This document shows, one piece after another, positions 24,016 to 38,257 of a DNA stretch of 64,000 nt. Each line of letters opens with the position of its first letter. Within the stretch, counting starts at the first letter, position 1. The notes under the pieces were generated by a model, which saw nothing but the letters and a program-made list of their open reading frames with translations, ran no database searches and was not told the DNA's origin. A program made the translations under genes and the position numbers. This stretch comes from Felis catus (lineage: Eukaryota), in contig NC_058369.1 of assembly GCF_018350175.1 (NCBI RefSeq), positions 18,540,001 to 18,604,000 on the forward strand, written 5' to 3'.

Positions 24016-27000
24016 TAGTGATAAACTTTAAATCTGATATAATAATATGGTGGGCTCAGCAGGTATCCAGAGCAAGGACACTTGTCCAGGCTAGACACTG
24101 AGACAGGGGATGAGCAGGAATGAGGTAGGCCAAGTGGGAAAAGAATGCTGTGGGCAGAAGTGGTGCATGTAGGAGGGCTTGAGAGGAGCTGACAGATGCC
24201 TGGCATGTTTGTAGCAACTGAAAGAGGCTCCACGTGACCTGAGTCATGTGCAAAGAATAAACTGGGGTAGGGGTGCCTGCCTGACTGGCTCAGTAGATAG
24301 AGCATGTGACTCTTGATCTCAAGGTGGGTCTTGAGTTCAAGCCCCACATTGGGTCTAGAGTCTACTAAAAACAAACAAACAAACCTGGAGTAACAAAAAA
24401 ACATGGGGGGGATAGATATTAAGAGAAATGGAAGTGGAGATGGGATATATGGGGAGGATGTAGGGTGGAGAGGTGGGGGGGGGGGTGGGTAAAGTTTTGA
24501 CAGGGAGGGGCCAAAAGCTGGGCAGGTGAGAGGGTAGTGAGGAGTCCCTATCCTCCAGCAGCAGAAAGTCAGGCAGAGAGCCCTGAGTAGGACAGGTAGA
24601 TTTGGGTTTTGAGGTTTGCTCTGGCTGCTCCAACATGAGGACTGGGTTAACAGGTGGTGCTGAAAGCAGCCTCTAGCAGAGGACAAAGTTCCACAGCCCT
24701 TCCTCCCTGCAGCCCCCTCCCATTGTTCTATGGGAAGACCAAGGCCCAAGAAGACAAAGGGGACGTGTGGGATAGGTGCTGGCGCCTCACCCTCAGGCTG
24801 ACAGGAGGCCAGGGGATCTTGGCTCTGGAGGAGCCTGGGAGAAATGGCAGCTGTTGCTTCTTGCAAAGGTGCAGGTGGCCCACAGCTGTGGTGGATCTCT
24901 AGGACTAGAGGTCACTGACATCTGAAAGACAGGGCTGTGGGTGGGCCTGCAGGGCTATCAAGACAGGGGAGGAGGAGGTGATCCTGGCAATTCAGACTGT
25001 GGCATTGCCTTGCAGTAGTCCAGCTGTCAGGGAACAGCTGCAGGCCCAGAAGAGGGAGGGAGCCAGGGCAGCAGCAGGTGAAGAAGCTCCCTGGTTTCTG
25101 GGCCATGGGAATGGAGAATGGCAGCCAGTGAAGAGATGGGGGATGGGGATGGGATTGGGGGAAGGGAGCATCTGCTTGCTCCTTTGCATTCAGATGAGAC
25201 TGGAAATCTACAGGGAAGGAAATGCTGGGTTAGGGACGGGAGCTAGGGAGGGTGCCAAGTGCTCTCCTACCCCTTCTATAGGTTTCCCCCAAGACCATCC
25301 TCCAAGGTTGCATTGCCTTCCTCAGGACCCCTCTGGAACCCTAGCCCACACTAGTCCCTTGGTTGCTTTTTCCCTCTCCTCCCCGCCTCAGCTCCTCATA
25401 TGCACCCATATCCTGGGCCCTTCTAGGAAGGAAAGGAAACAACCATGGGCCTTTTGTTAAACTTTGGTTCACAAGGATCAGAAAGGGAAAAGGTCTGGAG
25501 AGGGAAAGGGGTTTGCCCAAGTGGCCAGTCAGAGGCAGGCCCCAGTGCCCCTGCCTGGGTGCACCCAGCCCTCAGGGCCTCAACTCTGGGCTGCCCACTA
25601 GTACCCACGCACCTTAAAAGCAAGGAGGCCTGAAGTTATCTGCCTCCTGTGAGCTGAGGGGACTCACTGGGGGGTGGGATTGATCCCAGTGTTTGTGGGT
25701 GCAGTAAAGAGGCCCCCTTTTTGGCCCACCTCAACACCAGGGCCACTGACATTGAACTAATTACCAAGGGTCCCAGGCAGCAGAGTACCAGGAAGTTTCA
25801 GGCAGAAGGAGGGTAGGGGGTCAGCTGAGGCCAGCCTTCTTTTTGGGGCCCCTCCAACATGGCATGAGCAGCTGCTGGGCCCTGGCTCTGAGGCCCAGGA
25901 TATCCCTGTCCAGAGCAGCCCTCCCTCTACCCTCAAGTCCTCACCTTTATATTATACCAGCTGCCACAATCACTTATGTGCCTGGGGGCATGGAGATGGG
26001 ATGGGGGAGACAGATGAAATGTTTTCTTTCTTTTTTTTTTTTAATGAATGTTTCTTTTCACCTCTGAGGAAACTCTCCACCTGTCATGAATGGGTCTTTA
26101 TATGGGACATGTCAATGCCTCTGAAGAGAGCCATCACCATGCTTGCAACAAGCCATGCCCATACCCAGAGCTCTGACTTTAAGCTGGGGTATCTCTTACC
26201 TCAAGGGCCCATGCTGAGCCCAGCCTCCAGTGCTTCCCACTGCAGGCCTTCCTGGTCTCTGGGGTCCCTTGTCAGGTTCAGCCTACTGATCCCTGCTGAT
26301 AGACATAGACCCTCTCCTGCGCATTCATGGGTGACCCCAGCCAGGACCTCAGTCCAGTTTGGGTAAATGGCAACAGCAGAGATGGACCTTTGAAGGTCAC
26401 TGGCCTTGAGCAGAGAGCAGGAGGGAGATGGATGGGACAGCTGACCAGGGCCTCCCTTGCCTGCCAGATGATACCCTACCAGTCCCCAGTGCCTTCTTTG
26501 TACCTGTGTCTGGCAGCATCCCAGGGGAGTTGGGTGGGAAACTGCCCTGGAACCTGTCCTGTGTGGTGGGACCTTCCCCCTATACTCCTCACTTCCTGCT
26601 CACCCTCATCCCCTCTTCTACTCTCTCCCACCTCCACCTTGGCCCAGCCCATGGACTTCCCTCCAACCAGGAGTTGGTAGTAGGCTCTGTTCTGCAGGGG
26701 GGCTCTGCAGGGTCTCTCTAAAGCTCTGACCTGCAGCATGTACCAGGAACTGCCCAAACCCAAGGGAGCGGACATTGTTCCCTCCCCCTCCTCCTTCTCT
26801 GAAGCTGGAAGGAGGAGTGCCACCTCTCTGCATTCCCCGAGAAGGTGGAGGCAGGGAAAGTGAGAAATGTTCTCTCTAAATGCTTGTTCAGACTTGACTT
26901 CTGTGGCGCCTGGTGCCCCTCCCCCACAAGTCCCCTTTTCTGCCCCTACCCCTGCCTGCTCCCTCACCTCTCTTTCCCCACCTTCCAGGGACAGGCGGGG

Positions 27001-30000
27001 CTCTGGGGGCTGGGGCCAAGCCATTGCCCCCCCATTCCTCACCCTGCCACATTCCTTCCAGGAGGCCTGAGGGCACCATCCCCGCTCCCCTCCTTCTTGC
27101 TCCCACCCTTCAGCTTCCATGTCCCTTGCTCCTGGGATCCTATACTACTGGCAAAGCCCAACCTGGTTAAATCCAGCTCTGGCGCCTACCCTCCCACCAC
27201 TTGTTCTTTGTCCTTTGTTCACTGTTCCATTCACTGCTCAGACCATGGCTACCTCCAAGGTTCTCAGACCTGCCTGGCCACTTCTTCCTCTGCCTTTACC
27301 ATGGCCATTCCCTAGGCTTGTTCTATTCCTTCCCTAGAAAACCCTAGGGCTCCCTCATTCACCTCCTGCAGGATTCACTTCCCTGGTGCGCTGGACCACA
27401 GAGCAGACTCTGGCCCATCCTGGCATTCCCATCCCCTGATTATTATATTTTCATTTACTTACTAATTTAATCTTCATCCTGTTACACTAGAGTTTGGGCT
27501 CCACAACAGCAGTGCTTGTTCCTCTCAACCCTGGTTGTGTTCTCAGCATACAATAGACTCCATAAATATCTGTGGACTGACAACACATGGATGGGTGTTT
27601 CATCTTGGCCCTGACTCAGCCACATAAAGGGATCTTCTGTCACTTTCAGTGAGCAAGCAGGTCTAAAGTCCACACATGGGGTCACTTGATGATGGGATGA
27701 CCAAAAGGCTCAGAAAAGGCAAGTGACTTATATAAGATCACACAGTGAACTTAGCTCTGGGGCCCAGCAAGAACTTATGCTTCATATGGACACAATGCGA
27801 AGTTTGGCTGAGGAGCTAATGTTCACTCTTTATCCTTTTATTAGCTTCCCTCAAATTGGCCACAGGAATCCTTCTCATTCTTTCCAGAAATGTTGGGGAT
27901 TCCCCAGACCACAGTTGGGGCTCCCAGAGGCCCTGGCTGTCTCTGTCAGAACTCAGGCTAAAGCAAAGACTGTCTACTTGGGTCCAACACTTTCCAGTGT
28001 TTCAAGGGCATACCTAACAGCCATAATACCAGAATGAGAATCAGTGATGTTGGGTAGCCCATTAATGTCTCTTGAATAGGGGCCACTAAGGGGAGCCCAG
28101 GCTGATGAGAGAAACAGGCCCAGATCTTAGGCCAGCTCTGAGTGGAAGAGGTGTTCCTGTCCTGGGGGAGCCAGTGGCAGAGCCCTGAGCCAGATCTGGA
28201 CACATGGCTGAGAGCAGAGAAGGGAATGTCAACCTGGCTGAACCAGAACAGTATCTTATCTTATCGGTAGCTTCCCCAACAACTGGGGGCTAGCTGATCA
28301 GTGACTGAAGAGAATTAACAAATAAGACCTTCAGTTTGCTTGCTTCCACTGGCTGCCTAGCCAGACCGGACCTAATCTGGTGTTAGCCCAGTGTTCAAGG
28401 CCATAAGCCCAGTGTTTTGGGAACTGTTGCCCAAAGTCAGCCTTGGAGGATTGTCTTATTTCAAAGCCAGCAGGGAGTGGGATGTAGCGGAGACATGTGT
28501 GTCCACCCAGGAGGAAGAGGCGATTTTATTCATTCACTCAACACACATTCTTGCTGTGGGGTTTGTGTCCCCATAGGATGTTTATTTGTGGAAGGCCAGG
28601 TGTGGAAGCTGCCACCTGGATGACTGGAGGAAGGCCCCGTGCCAGTCAGGTATAAAAGGGTCTGGTGGAAGTGCTGGAGTGGAGGGCCCTGCAAGAGAGG
28701 AACTGGCTCCTGGGAAGGCTGGTGGTGGCCGGCAAACACTCCTACTGGCACTTTCTCCCGGATGAACTTATCAGCCCTTTCTTTCTTCCAGAGCTGCTAG
28801 ACAATCTGCCTTCTGTTAAATCCAGACAAAAGGGATCCCTCCCTTGCCCTGACTTGGCTGGCCCTGCTTGGGCATTTGGGTCAGGAGCCTCCATCCTCAG
28901 CCAGCTCTGCCCCTTGCCCCTCTTCACTGGGTCTGGGGGAGTATCAGGAGCAGAAGCCTCCCTCCCTCTGGAAGAGTCTGAAGCTGGGCACCAGCCCTTA
29001 GCCTTCAGTTCCTTGGCAACAAGCCAGAATAAAAGTCCTGGAATCCTAGGACCAAAAGAAAGTTTGGTCCGTGTTGGTGTCTATTGGGTTTTGTCTGAGC
29101 TAGAATCAAGGCTTTAGGTAAGATCATATTGGCCCCAGGTAAACACTGGGACATCTTCCTTGGGCTTTACACAGGGTTTGGACCCTTGGTGATGACTACC
29201 AGACAGGAAGTGAGGAAAGCAACATCTCCGGATTTTCTTCCCAACCAGAAATTGAGTCTCTAGTAAATGCGGGCTGTTAGGTAATGGTTGCAATGTAGGG
29301 CCAAGCAGGTTGGTCTCTGGCCTCAAGGGCTCATACTCCAGTGGGAGAGACAAACCTTAATCAGATAATTTTTCTGGAGCCTCTGGCTTAGGGTCTAAGT
29401 GGAGGAAGCACTGGAGGCTAAAGGGCCAGGAGAGTTGAGCTGTCAGGTCTGAAGAGCCCCATTCTCAGCATCTTGATCAATCCCCCCCCCCCCCCCCCCA
29501 GCCCATACCACATGGGCTTCTTGGACAGCTGTTCTTGGATGTTCTCTGGGCCTCACTTTTGGCCATGCCCTCAAACTGGCTGCGAGCACCAAGCCTGACC
29601 TAGGGTGGCCTAGGCCTTCCTGGGATTCCAGAATAGCGCCCAAGAGTGAGTCACTGGGGACCTTGTGCTGAGCCCTAGGGTGGGTTATGCACTTTTCCCT
29701 GGGAGGGGAAAGGCTTTGAGACTCTCAGGACTACAGAGAGGAACAGGCTTTGACTTTACAGCCCCCACTTAACCTAGGGGCTCATGAAGATAGCTGTCTA
29801 CTTCCCTCTTTACTTTCTTATGGCCTTTGGGGGTGAGGGGATGCTGATTGGGCTCTAGCTGGGGCTAGTTAGGCCCCAAAAGGCTGGTCAACTCTGGCCA
29901 GCCAGGACGCCTGCCTTTTAGAGCCTGAAGGAACAGGGGGTTGGGGAGCACCCCAACTCTAGACGAAAATGAAGAAAGCTAGTGGTGAGGCCCAGAGTTT

Positions 30001-30794
30001 AGAGGCTAGAGGGAGGAAAACCTGTGAGATGTGCCAGGACTGAAGGGCTACGGAAGGGAGAGAGCATTAGGGTCAGTGCCTCTAACTGAACCCCAAACTT
30101 AGAGAGGCAAAGATTGGAAAGGATTTGGTTGTGAGGGCTTCAGGAACACTCTGGTTGTTGCGCCATCCTTCCAGGACTAGGAAAGTCTTAATCCACCTTC
30201 TGGCACCAATTGGTTGAGGCCCCTTCCCTGGTCAGAAATCTGGGGGGTGCTTAGGCATGGGGCACTGGCACTCTGGAGGCCAGAATAAGGCCTGGTGTTT
30301 CATTTAGGAAGATCAGGGCCAAAAGGGAAGAAGTGGAGTTACTCTGGCAGCCATGGATGATCAGTGAGGACTAGAATGGCCAGCAGCTTCTGTGCAGATG
30401 GTAGGAGGGCGGTGCCTCAGGAGGTCAGCACTCACTGCTGTCTTTTGCTTTGGAAAACATAACATATACCTATACAGTGGGCACTAAAATACCCAGCAGA
30501 ACCTAGGGCTACAAAGCAGTGCCTGGTGTATGTTGGAGGGGAGGGGTGAGTGTGGAGACTTGGTACAATGAAGGAGTGAACGAAAGAATGTATTTTATTT
30601 AGAAACCCAATAACTTACCACATTGTTAGCCTTTTCAAAGCAGCAGAATTTTAAATTTGGATTTGAGAGGCCACTAATTTTTTAGTTTTAACATGTAAAG
30701 GATGGTTTTGGGGCCTTTTCCCTGGGTTTTAGTTCCTTTTCTAATCTATGTGAATGAGGTTTGGAGCTTATGCATTTAAGTATAAAGAATCACA

Positions 30795-31083
30795 GGGGCG
30801 CTTGGCTGGCACAGTTGATAGAACATGAGACTCTTGATCCTGGGGTTGTGAGTTCGAGCCCCACTTTGAATACAGAGATTACTTAAAAAAAACACAAAAA
30901 CTTGGGGCGCCTGGGTGGCTCAGTGGGTTGACCATCCAACTTTGGCTCAGGTCATGATCTTGTGGTTTGTGGGTTCCAGCCCTGGGTAGGGCTCTGTGCT
31001 GACAGCTCAGAGCCTGGAGCCAGCTTCAGATTCTTTTATTTATTTTTTATTTTTATTTTTATTTAATGTTTTTAAATGTTTAT

Positions 31084-31136
<53 letters not shown>

Positions 31137-31360
31137 GAAGCAGGTTCCAGGCTCTGAGCTGTCAGCATAGAGCTCAATGTGAGGCTCGAACTCACAAACC
31201 ACAGATCATGACCTCAGCTGAAGTCGGACACTTAACTGACTGAGCCACCCAGATGCCCTCTGCTTCAGATTCTGTGTCTCCCTCTCTCTCTCTCTGCCCC
31301 TGCCCTGCTCTCCCTCTCTCTCTCAGAAATAAATATTATTTTTAAAAAATCTTAAAAAAA
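30795..31360. mobile_element. Nested SINEC cluster upstream of DAG1 promoter
   Basis: Plus-strand SINECs with a minus-strand SINEC inserted (TSD gcttcagattct). Confidence 0.85.
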
Positions 31361-31809
31361 AATCAGACAGGTATGTGTATTTCAGAAATGAGACTTTCCT
31401 TTCAGCTCTCTGAGATTTATTTTTCCTAGACACTCCTTAAGGAGGAGAAAGCAGAGGAGACCCAGACTTTTCTGGATGCAGGGAGGACCCCCCCGGCAGG
31501 CAGCAGCCAGTTCTGTGTTCAGAATGTGCTCTCTGACAAAAGTGTAGGCTTGGAATTCCAGCCTGGACACAAGCCCAGGAGGGAATGGACATATCCTGAC
31601 CACGGTTTGGTAGCGAAACGGAGCAGAACTCACCATGAGTCCCATCTCAACCCATCCAGTAATTATTCAGGTCCAGTGACTGTCAGGTCTGGGGACTTGG
31701 GGGTAGGAGGCCATAGGTAAGCCCTGGGGGGAGAGCACCTTTAGGACCCTCCCCTTGAAGGGAGGAGGACCTCATCAGTAACCTCCGCTCCTTATTCCCT
31801 CACCCCCTG

Positions 31810-33240
31810 AAAGAATGCGGGCCGCAAGTAGCGAGTGACCAGCGCCAGCGGGTCGGAGCTATTCCTGGCACCAGGAGAGGCAACGGATTCCGGAGTTCAG
31901 GGCGGGGGGAGGGGACGGGGGTCAGGCCTGAAGCGTTTCCCGGACGTCCTCGCCTGCTGGGGGTTAGGCCTTTGGAGAGCGGCCAGCTTCCCGCCCTTCC
32001 GGCCCTCGCCTCAGTTTCCCCATCCGTGTAAGGGCCACGCAACAGGGTAGTCATCCTTAGCAATTTAGAGGACGCTTTTTGATTGTTTTCATGGCTTAGA
32101 AATACCTCTCGATTTGCATTCCAGGGAAATCGGAGGGCCAAACGATAGGTGGTCAGTTGTGGCAGGGCAGTTCTCGAGCCTGACCACCCTGGGTCGGTTG
32201 GGAGCGTCTCAGAGGCCCCAATGCCTGAGGTTGGCGGGACGCCCCTCCCCCACTACCAGCCCAGAGGGCTGGGGGCAATCCGGACGGGCCGGGGCGTGTC
32301 CCGGGGACGGACGCTACTGGCCGGGGGCAGGGCTTCCAGGATAGGGCGTGTCCTCTTGGACAGGGGCGTGGCAGACCAATGAGCGGAGCGGCGCGGATGA
32401 AGGCGGGGCCTGTGCGCGGGTGCGGCGCGCTGCGGGGCGGCGGACGCAGGCAGAAGCGGGCGTCGCGCGGACTGCCGGTCGGCGCCGCGCGGAGCTGGCC
32501 GCGGGATTGGCTGCGGCACTCGCGTGTCAGGCGGTTGCTAGGTTCCGGCCGCGCGCCCCGCCCTCGCGCTCGGCGCCCTCTCACCGCCCGGTACGTGCTC
32601 GCGCGGAGGCTGCGGTGCGGCGCTCGCGCTCCTCGGGATCGGCTACGGCAGCGGCGGCGACGGCAGCTTGGCGCCGAGTCCCCGGGGAGCGGCGGCGGCG
32701 GCGCGGCGTCTTGCGGCCGGGAGGAGCAAGCACCTGCCGCGGCCCGCCCGCCGGCGCTCGGTGAGTGCGCTGCCGGTCCACTGCTGCTGAGCTTAGCAGC
32801 CCAGGCCCCTATCCCCGTGGCCGGCCGAGCCTTCCGAGGAACACCTGCTGCTGCTCGCGGTTTGGCCCGGGATAGGGACACGGTCGCGGACGTCCTTGCG
32901 GGTGAGGCAGCGGCGCGGCACGGAGAGAGCCGCCCCCCTCTTCTCGGTCCCTCGGGCGAAGGCTCAGGGCGTTCCGCGGCCGGGCCCGGGCTGCTTGCCG
33001 CGGCGATGGGCCAGGCCTCAGCCCGGCCCGCGCTCCGGGGAACGCGGGGCCTGCGCGTTGGCTGCAGGCGTGTGCGGCCTTCGGGCCGCCCCCTGGCCCT
33101 CCAAAGAGGGTCGCGCGGCTCAGTTGGGTGGAAGCCAGAGGATGGGACATTGACCCCCCGCAGGAGGCGGGGAAGGGCGCTGCAGCCGCTGGTACCTGAG
33201 CAGCTCAGAGCTTTGGGGTCCCCCCTCCTGCCCCCGCCTC
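31810..33240 (+). promoter_or_regulatory. DAG1: DAG1 CpG island promoter
   Basis: Very high GC/CpG; three GGGCGTG KLF/SP boxes (32292-32370), CCAAT (~32376), GC box (~32402), inverted CCAAT (~32506), RFX-like GTTGCTAGG (~32534). Confidence 0.88.
32470..32760 (+). other. DAG1: DAG1 non-coding exon 1 (TSS approximate)
   Basis: Recognisable as the mammalian dystroglycan 5'UTR (gtcggcgccgcgcggagctggccgc...cacctgccgcgg...gccggcgct); strong donor G|GTGAGT at 32761; synteny AMT-NICN1-DAG1. Confidence 0.85.
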
Positions 33241-35906
33241 CACACACACTCTTGAGCTTCTTTGGGAGCCGCCTGTCTTTTCACCTTTTTACTTGGTGTT
33301 TGGAAAACCAGATTCACCCTTGGGTGTATTTGTAAAGTGTCTCCAGAGAAAATGCTGTCTCTGCTTAGAATCCTGCTATAAATTCCAAGTTAATTTCGTA
33401 CAAACTCAAGTACTGATTAAAAATGGATATTTTGTTCTCTATGACATGTGAAGCTTTTAGATTTGTAAACCGACTTCTGGATTAGTTTTAATGATGATCG
33501 TGAAGTTTGCCTTGGTGAAAGCTAGAGCCTGGGACAGCAAGCACGTTTATAGCCTAGAGTTCTAACTTAAGAGCCAGGCCTGCTATTTCCCTAAATAAGC
33601 AAGGAGAAACGATTCCTGGCATGGAACCCAGATTCAGTGCAGGGAGGGTGGTGTTTATAGGACAGAAGTCCAGATAAAGAGTTAGATGTGCTACCAGGTG
33701 TTTTGGAGTTTGTGTAGATGGAATATTGTAACTTTATCAGGTTGTTCTATGCTTAGTGCTCAGAGATAACGATACTTTTGGAATGTCCCTGTTTTACAAA
33801 GGATTCAACCTTGGAGGCATAAAAGTCTCTAGTTGGAGTGTGGAGTTGAATTGGACTTTGTTTGCTGTGGAGCCAAGGCATAAGAGTTCATGGCCTGTAT
33901 GTTTAAAGGGGGCAGAGGAGCCATTTCTTGGAGAAATCAGATTTGAGGAGAGTATGATGCATAGTGTGAACCTATTCAAAGCCTGTGGGATACTGTATGA
34001 AAGGAAGAGTAAGCAGTACTATATAAGCAACAAACACCTGGTTGGAACATGAAAGCTCTTGCAGATATGAGCTGCGGTTGAAAGAGGAAGAAAGCAAGTC
34101 TTCCCTGTTTTGAAAAGTTGATTTGACAAAATACATTCATTCATTTAACTAATATTTGGCTTCACTACTTGCCTGGTTTTGTGGTAGGTTCAGGGGACAC
34201 ATGTAAAAGCAGCTGGCTCTGCCCTGAGGGAACTCAGTTTCAGGGACAGTGAGGATTAGGGAACCTATGATTGATAGTATCTGCCCACTAAGTGTGCTCA
34301 CATGGTGCTTTGAGAGCCTGAGGAGACAGGGAATTCCTAAGCTGAGCATTGCAGGGCCAGCAGGAATTAGCTGGGGGACAGCAAGGTCTGGACACAGGGA
34401 ACCACATGTACATGTGCTCCTAAAATAGCACCTGTGAGTTCTCCAGCTTGGCAAGTGGGAGCTATAGGCCTTTCTTGTGCTCAGGAGTTCAGACTTTATA
34501 CTCTGGGTGCAGAAGCCTGAGAAGGCTTTTAAATTAGTGGAGTGGCATGGTTCAGACCCATGTTTTGAAAGATCTTGGCTGGTGACTACATAGGTGGTGC
34601 AAGGAGGGGAGGGGTTCAGGAACTCTGGTCGTGAGGTCAGCCAGTAGAGGAGAGATGAGGAGGGAGGAGGAGCCAGCTGAGAGGCTGAAAAGGTTGAGCA
34701 GAGGGAATGCCAAGCTGGGGTTGGTGGGGGTTGGGGTGGGGGAGCAGGTAGGAGAAGGAACCTGCATTCAGGAATGTGTGGGTCAGAAAACTAAGCATGA
34801 CCGAAGATTTAACTATGTCTTCTGCAAGTTTGCTGGTGTCTATTAAACATTGAGAATGATGGGGTATGGTGGACCCTGGGGCCACTTTGACAGAGATTGG
34901 GAAAGAAGAGGCATGGCATTTGATTGTTTTAAAAACCTTCTCTCTCCCTTGAACTTAGGGCATTGCATTTCCTGTTCTTATTGTATTGATTTTAGAGTAG
35001 AGGTGTGTTCATTCTTGTTGATGCAGAGGAGAGTATGTTCAGTCCTTTACTTCACAATTGTTCAGCCTTTCTTGCTTTCTAGGTTAGCGATATGATGGAA
35101 CTATATCAGCCATAGTCAAAGGTTCTGGTTCTGTTCTGTGTGCACCATTGCTAATGGTTATAAGAATCCTTTATATTGACTGTCGAAACAGAGTCACAGA
35201 TGAAGGAATGTTCCCAAGGTCATACAGCTGTCATGTGGTAGAGTCACAGGTGGCTATGCCCACCTGCATTTGTGTTGTATCAAACTGATAATGGTAGCCT
35301 TGATTGGGTGCTTCTCTGGCGAAGACCAAGCCCAGGTGTCTGGTGGTAGGCACAATGCCAGGGTGATATGGGAGAGTTGGTCAGGGACTCCACACAGAAT
35401 TCCAGGAACATACTGTGAGGGACCATTCTTAGAAATCAGGGTTTGTCTGAGCCTTCCTGGGCCTGTGCTGGTTGCTCTGGGCACCATGCTGAAGTAAGCC
35501 AAGGATCTTGGGTCTTAGGCTGGCAAGGGCAGACTTTAGGGGAAGACTTCATTTGAGCTGGACCTTCAAGAAAGGTTAGTGGTTTGATTGGTGAAGGAGT
35601 TGATGGCAGGAAGATCACAACTCTGGAAGGAAAAGAGGTGGAACAGAGGCAAGGCGTGGGAGAGAGAAGACTGGCCACCTTTTCTGTATGTTCTGGAAGG
35701 TTGGGTTGGAACCAGAATGCTACATGGAGGAATTTAGAGTTATGTAGGAACAGGGATCCTTGAAGGTCTTGGAGCACAGCTGTGGTGGTTTTATGAAATG
35801 AGCCCCGGGATGCCTGGCTGGCTCAGTTAGTGGAACATGCGACTTTTGATCTTGGGGTTGTGAGTTCGATGGGCATAAGTTTACTTTAAAAAAATTTATT
35901 TTATCA

Positions 35907-36337
35907 GGGCGCCTGGGTGGCTCAGTCAGTTGGGCATCCGACTTTGGCTCAGGTCATGATCTCACGGTTTGTGGATTTGAGCCCCACGTCGGGGTCTGTG
36001 CTGACAGCTCAGAGTCTGGGGCCTGCTTTGGATTGTGACTCTCTCTCTGCCCTCCCCCCCTCTGTCTCTCTCTAAAATAAACATTAAAGAAATTTATTTT
36101 ATTTTTCAATAATTCTTTTTTTTTTAATTAAAAAAATTTTTTAACATTTTATTTTATTTTTTTGAGAGAGCACAAGCAGGGGAGGGGCAAAGAGAGGGAG
36201 ACACAGAATCCAAAGCAGGCTCCGGGCTCTGAGCTGTCAGCAGAGAGCCTGATGTAGGGCTCGAGCTCATGAACGTGAGACCATGACCTGAGCTGAAGTC
36301 AGATGCCTAACTGACTGAGCCACTCAGGCGCTCCCCC
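35907..36337. mobile_element. Tail-to-tail inverted SINEC pair
   Basis: Plus SINEC 35907-36090 and minus SINEC ~36120-36337. Confidence 0.85.
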
Positions 36338-38257
36338 CCAAAATTTAGTTTTTAAATATTAAAGAAGAGAAAGTTAGCTTCCAGTATGAGTTTGGAGACT
36401 GGACTGGAGGCAAGTTGGTTACTGCTGTGTTCCAGTAGGGAGATAGGGGGCCTGAACAAGAATAGTGGTCAGCAGGGGAATGAAGGGGGAGAAAGAAGGT
36501 TCAAGATGAGTCAGTTCAGCAGATATTAGGGACCTGAATGGTGCTGGTACCATCAGGGATTTACCATTGAGTAGAAGGGGCAGAAGGTGGCAATGGAAAG
36601 ATGGAGGAGTAAGGCAGCATCAGCTAAGTACTGGTGAGGACTTGCGAGAATCGGAATAAAGAGGGGCCCTTAGACTGCCAAAAGGGGAGAAGGATTGAGT
36701 CTGTGGCAGGCAGGCAAGATGAGGGGCTGTTCTTGGGTGAGCTGAAAAAGGTGGAGGAGGTAAAGACCAGGCTGTGCCTAAGGACCAAGGAGTAGATAGG
36801 CTGGAGCCAAATGAAGTATCCCTTGGGGAAAAGTGGGGCAAAAGACTGACCTGAAGGCTGAGGTGGGTCAGTAGGGTATCTCTGGAAGTTCTGAGTGGGA
36901 TAGTGCTTGTGTTCCAGTTTTGACACAGAATCCAGGGGTTGCAGGGGGTGCAATTGCTGGAGGTAGAAAGGGTGGTCAAAAGAAATGGCGAGGAAGGGAT
37001 GTACTTAGGGAGGAGAAACCATGATTTGTTGACCCACTTGGTGGGTAGGGGACTAGTGTGTTTTAAAATGTCTACAGTTTGGGAGACTCAGAATCATAGC
37101 AGGGATGATGTGGCTTTTGGCTGGATTCATTGAAAAATTGTCATTGACTTGCAGACTTGACCTGCGCAGGGCAAACTAAAGGTAGCCCGTGATAGTGTGA
37201 AGTTGATCCCCCTTTACCTTGCTTGCCTTTTTGAGTTGAGTTTATTTTGGTCATAGCCTTCTTGATAAGAGGTGTACAACTAGCCTAGTGGAATGGCAAG
37301 TGGTGATAGACCCATTTAGTGGATGGGTAAGAATAAGAGTGAGGCCTTGTGAGGTTTTTCCTAGCCTGTATAAGAAGTCAGTGATGAGAAGTTTGGTTCA
37401 ATATGCAGGTCCTCTGGGTGTGTTGTTTAGATTGGAGCCACTACAGAGTGTGACTGCTTGGAGGCTAGAGGCTTCCAGAGTATTCAGAGAAGTAAGAAAT
37501 GCTGGTTTCATTGCGGGGGCCCAAATGGGGACTATAGAGTATTGAACTCCAAGGGAACTCAAGTGAGAATAAATTCAGGTAGTGTGTTGTTCTTCAGTGT
37601 GTCCTGTGTATTGGTTAAGGATTTCTCTGTCCTTTTCTGGAGTTTTCTGTCTCCTCCCCATTAAAGAGTGTATCTGTGCCTTTGCCAGTGTTTCTGTGCT
37701 GTTGCTTCGTAAGCCTCCATCTTTTTCTGCTTTTTCTGTGTTGACATTCTAGGCCTGGAGTAAGATGATAGTGGTTTTGAATACACAAGTGATTAATCTA
37801 GTTATTTCCCACTGGGTCTTTTTGTGTCTATGCCTCTGGATAATAATTTAAAACAGTCTTCCTACGAGTCACATAACCTGCTTTGCCTTTTGACCGTTCT
37901 ATTTCACTCTGATCATTAGTCAGTAATACTGCTCAGATAGCAATTTCTATAAATAGGATTTTAGAGTAGTTTACAAAATTACACCAGCCAGAGGGCTTAA
38001 TTTAGCTTTAATGAATAGGGTTTCCTATTTTCCTATTTTCCTATTTCTTGTGTTTGATAGCTAAGCATTTTCTTAACTTTGCTCTGGGTCTAGGCTGGAA
38101 AGATGGATGGGATGCAGTGGTACAATATCATAAACTGAAGATGTCTAAATTGATGAAGCTGTTCTGTGTTCTCTGTTGGAGTAAATTAAATCTGAAAGAA
38201 ACTTTAGCAGTATGCTGATTTAATTTATACTTATATTTTATTTTAATTAAAAATTTT

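Noticed and set aside
24015..27340. Several 150-283 aa ORFs in GC-rich intergenic DNA, considered as a possible hidden gene
   Set aside because: No recognisable homology, one runs through SINE and L2 sequence, and I could not build a consistent exon chain
32153..33335. Long ORFs (364 aa minus, 318 aa plus) over the CpG island
   Set aside because: Low-complexity Ala/Arg/Gly/Pro translations expected from stop-poor GC-rich DNA; they overlap the DAG1 promoter, exon 1 and donor
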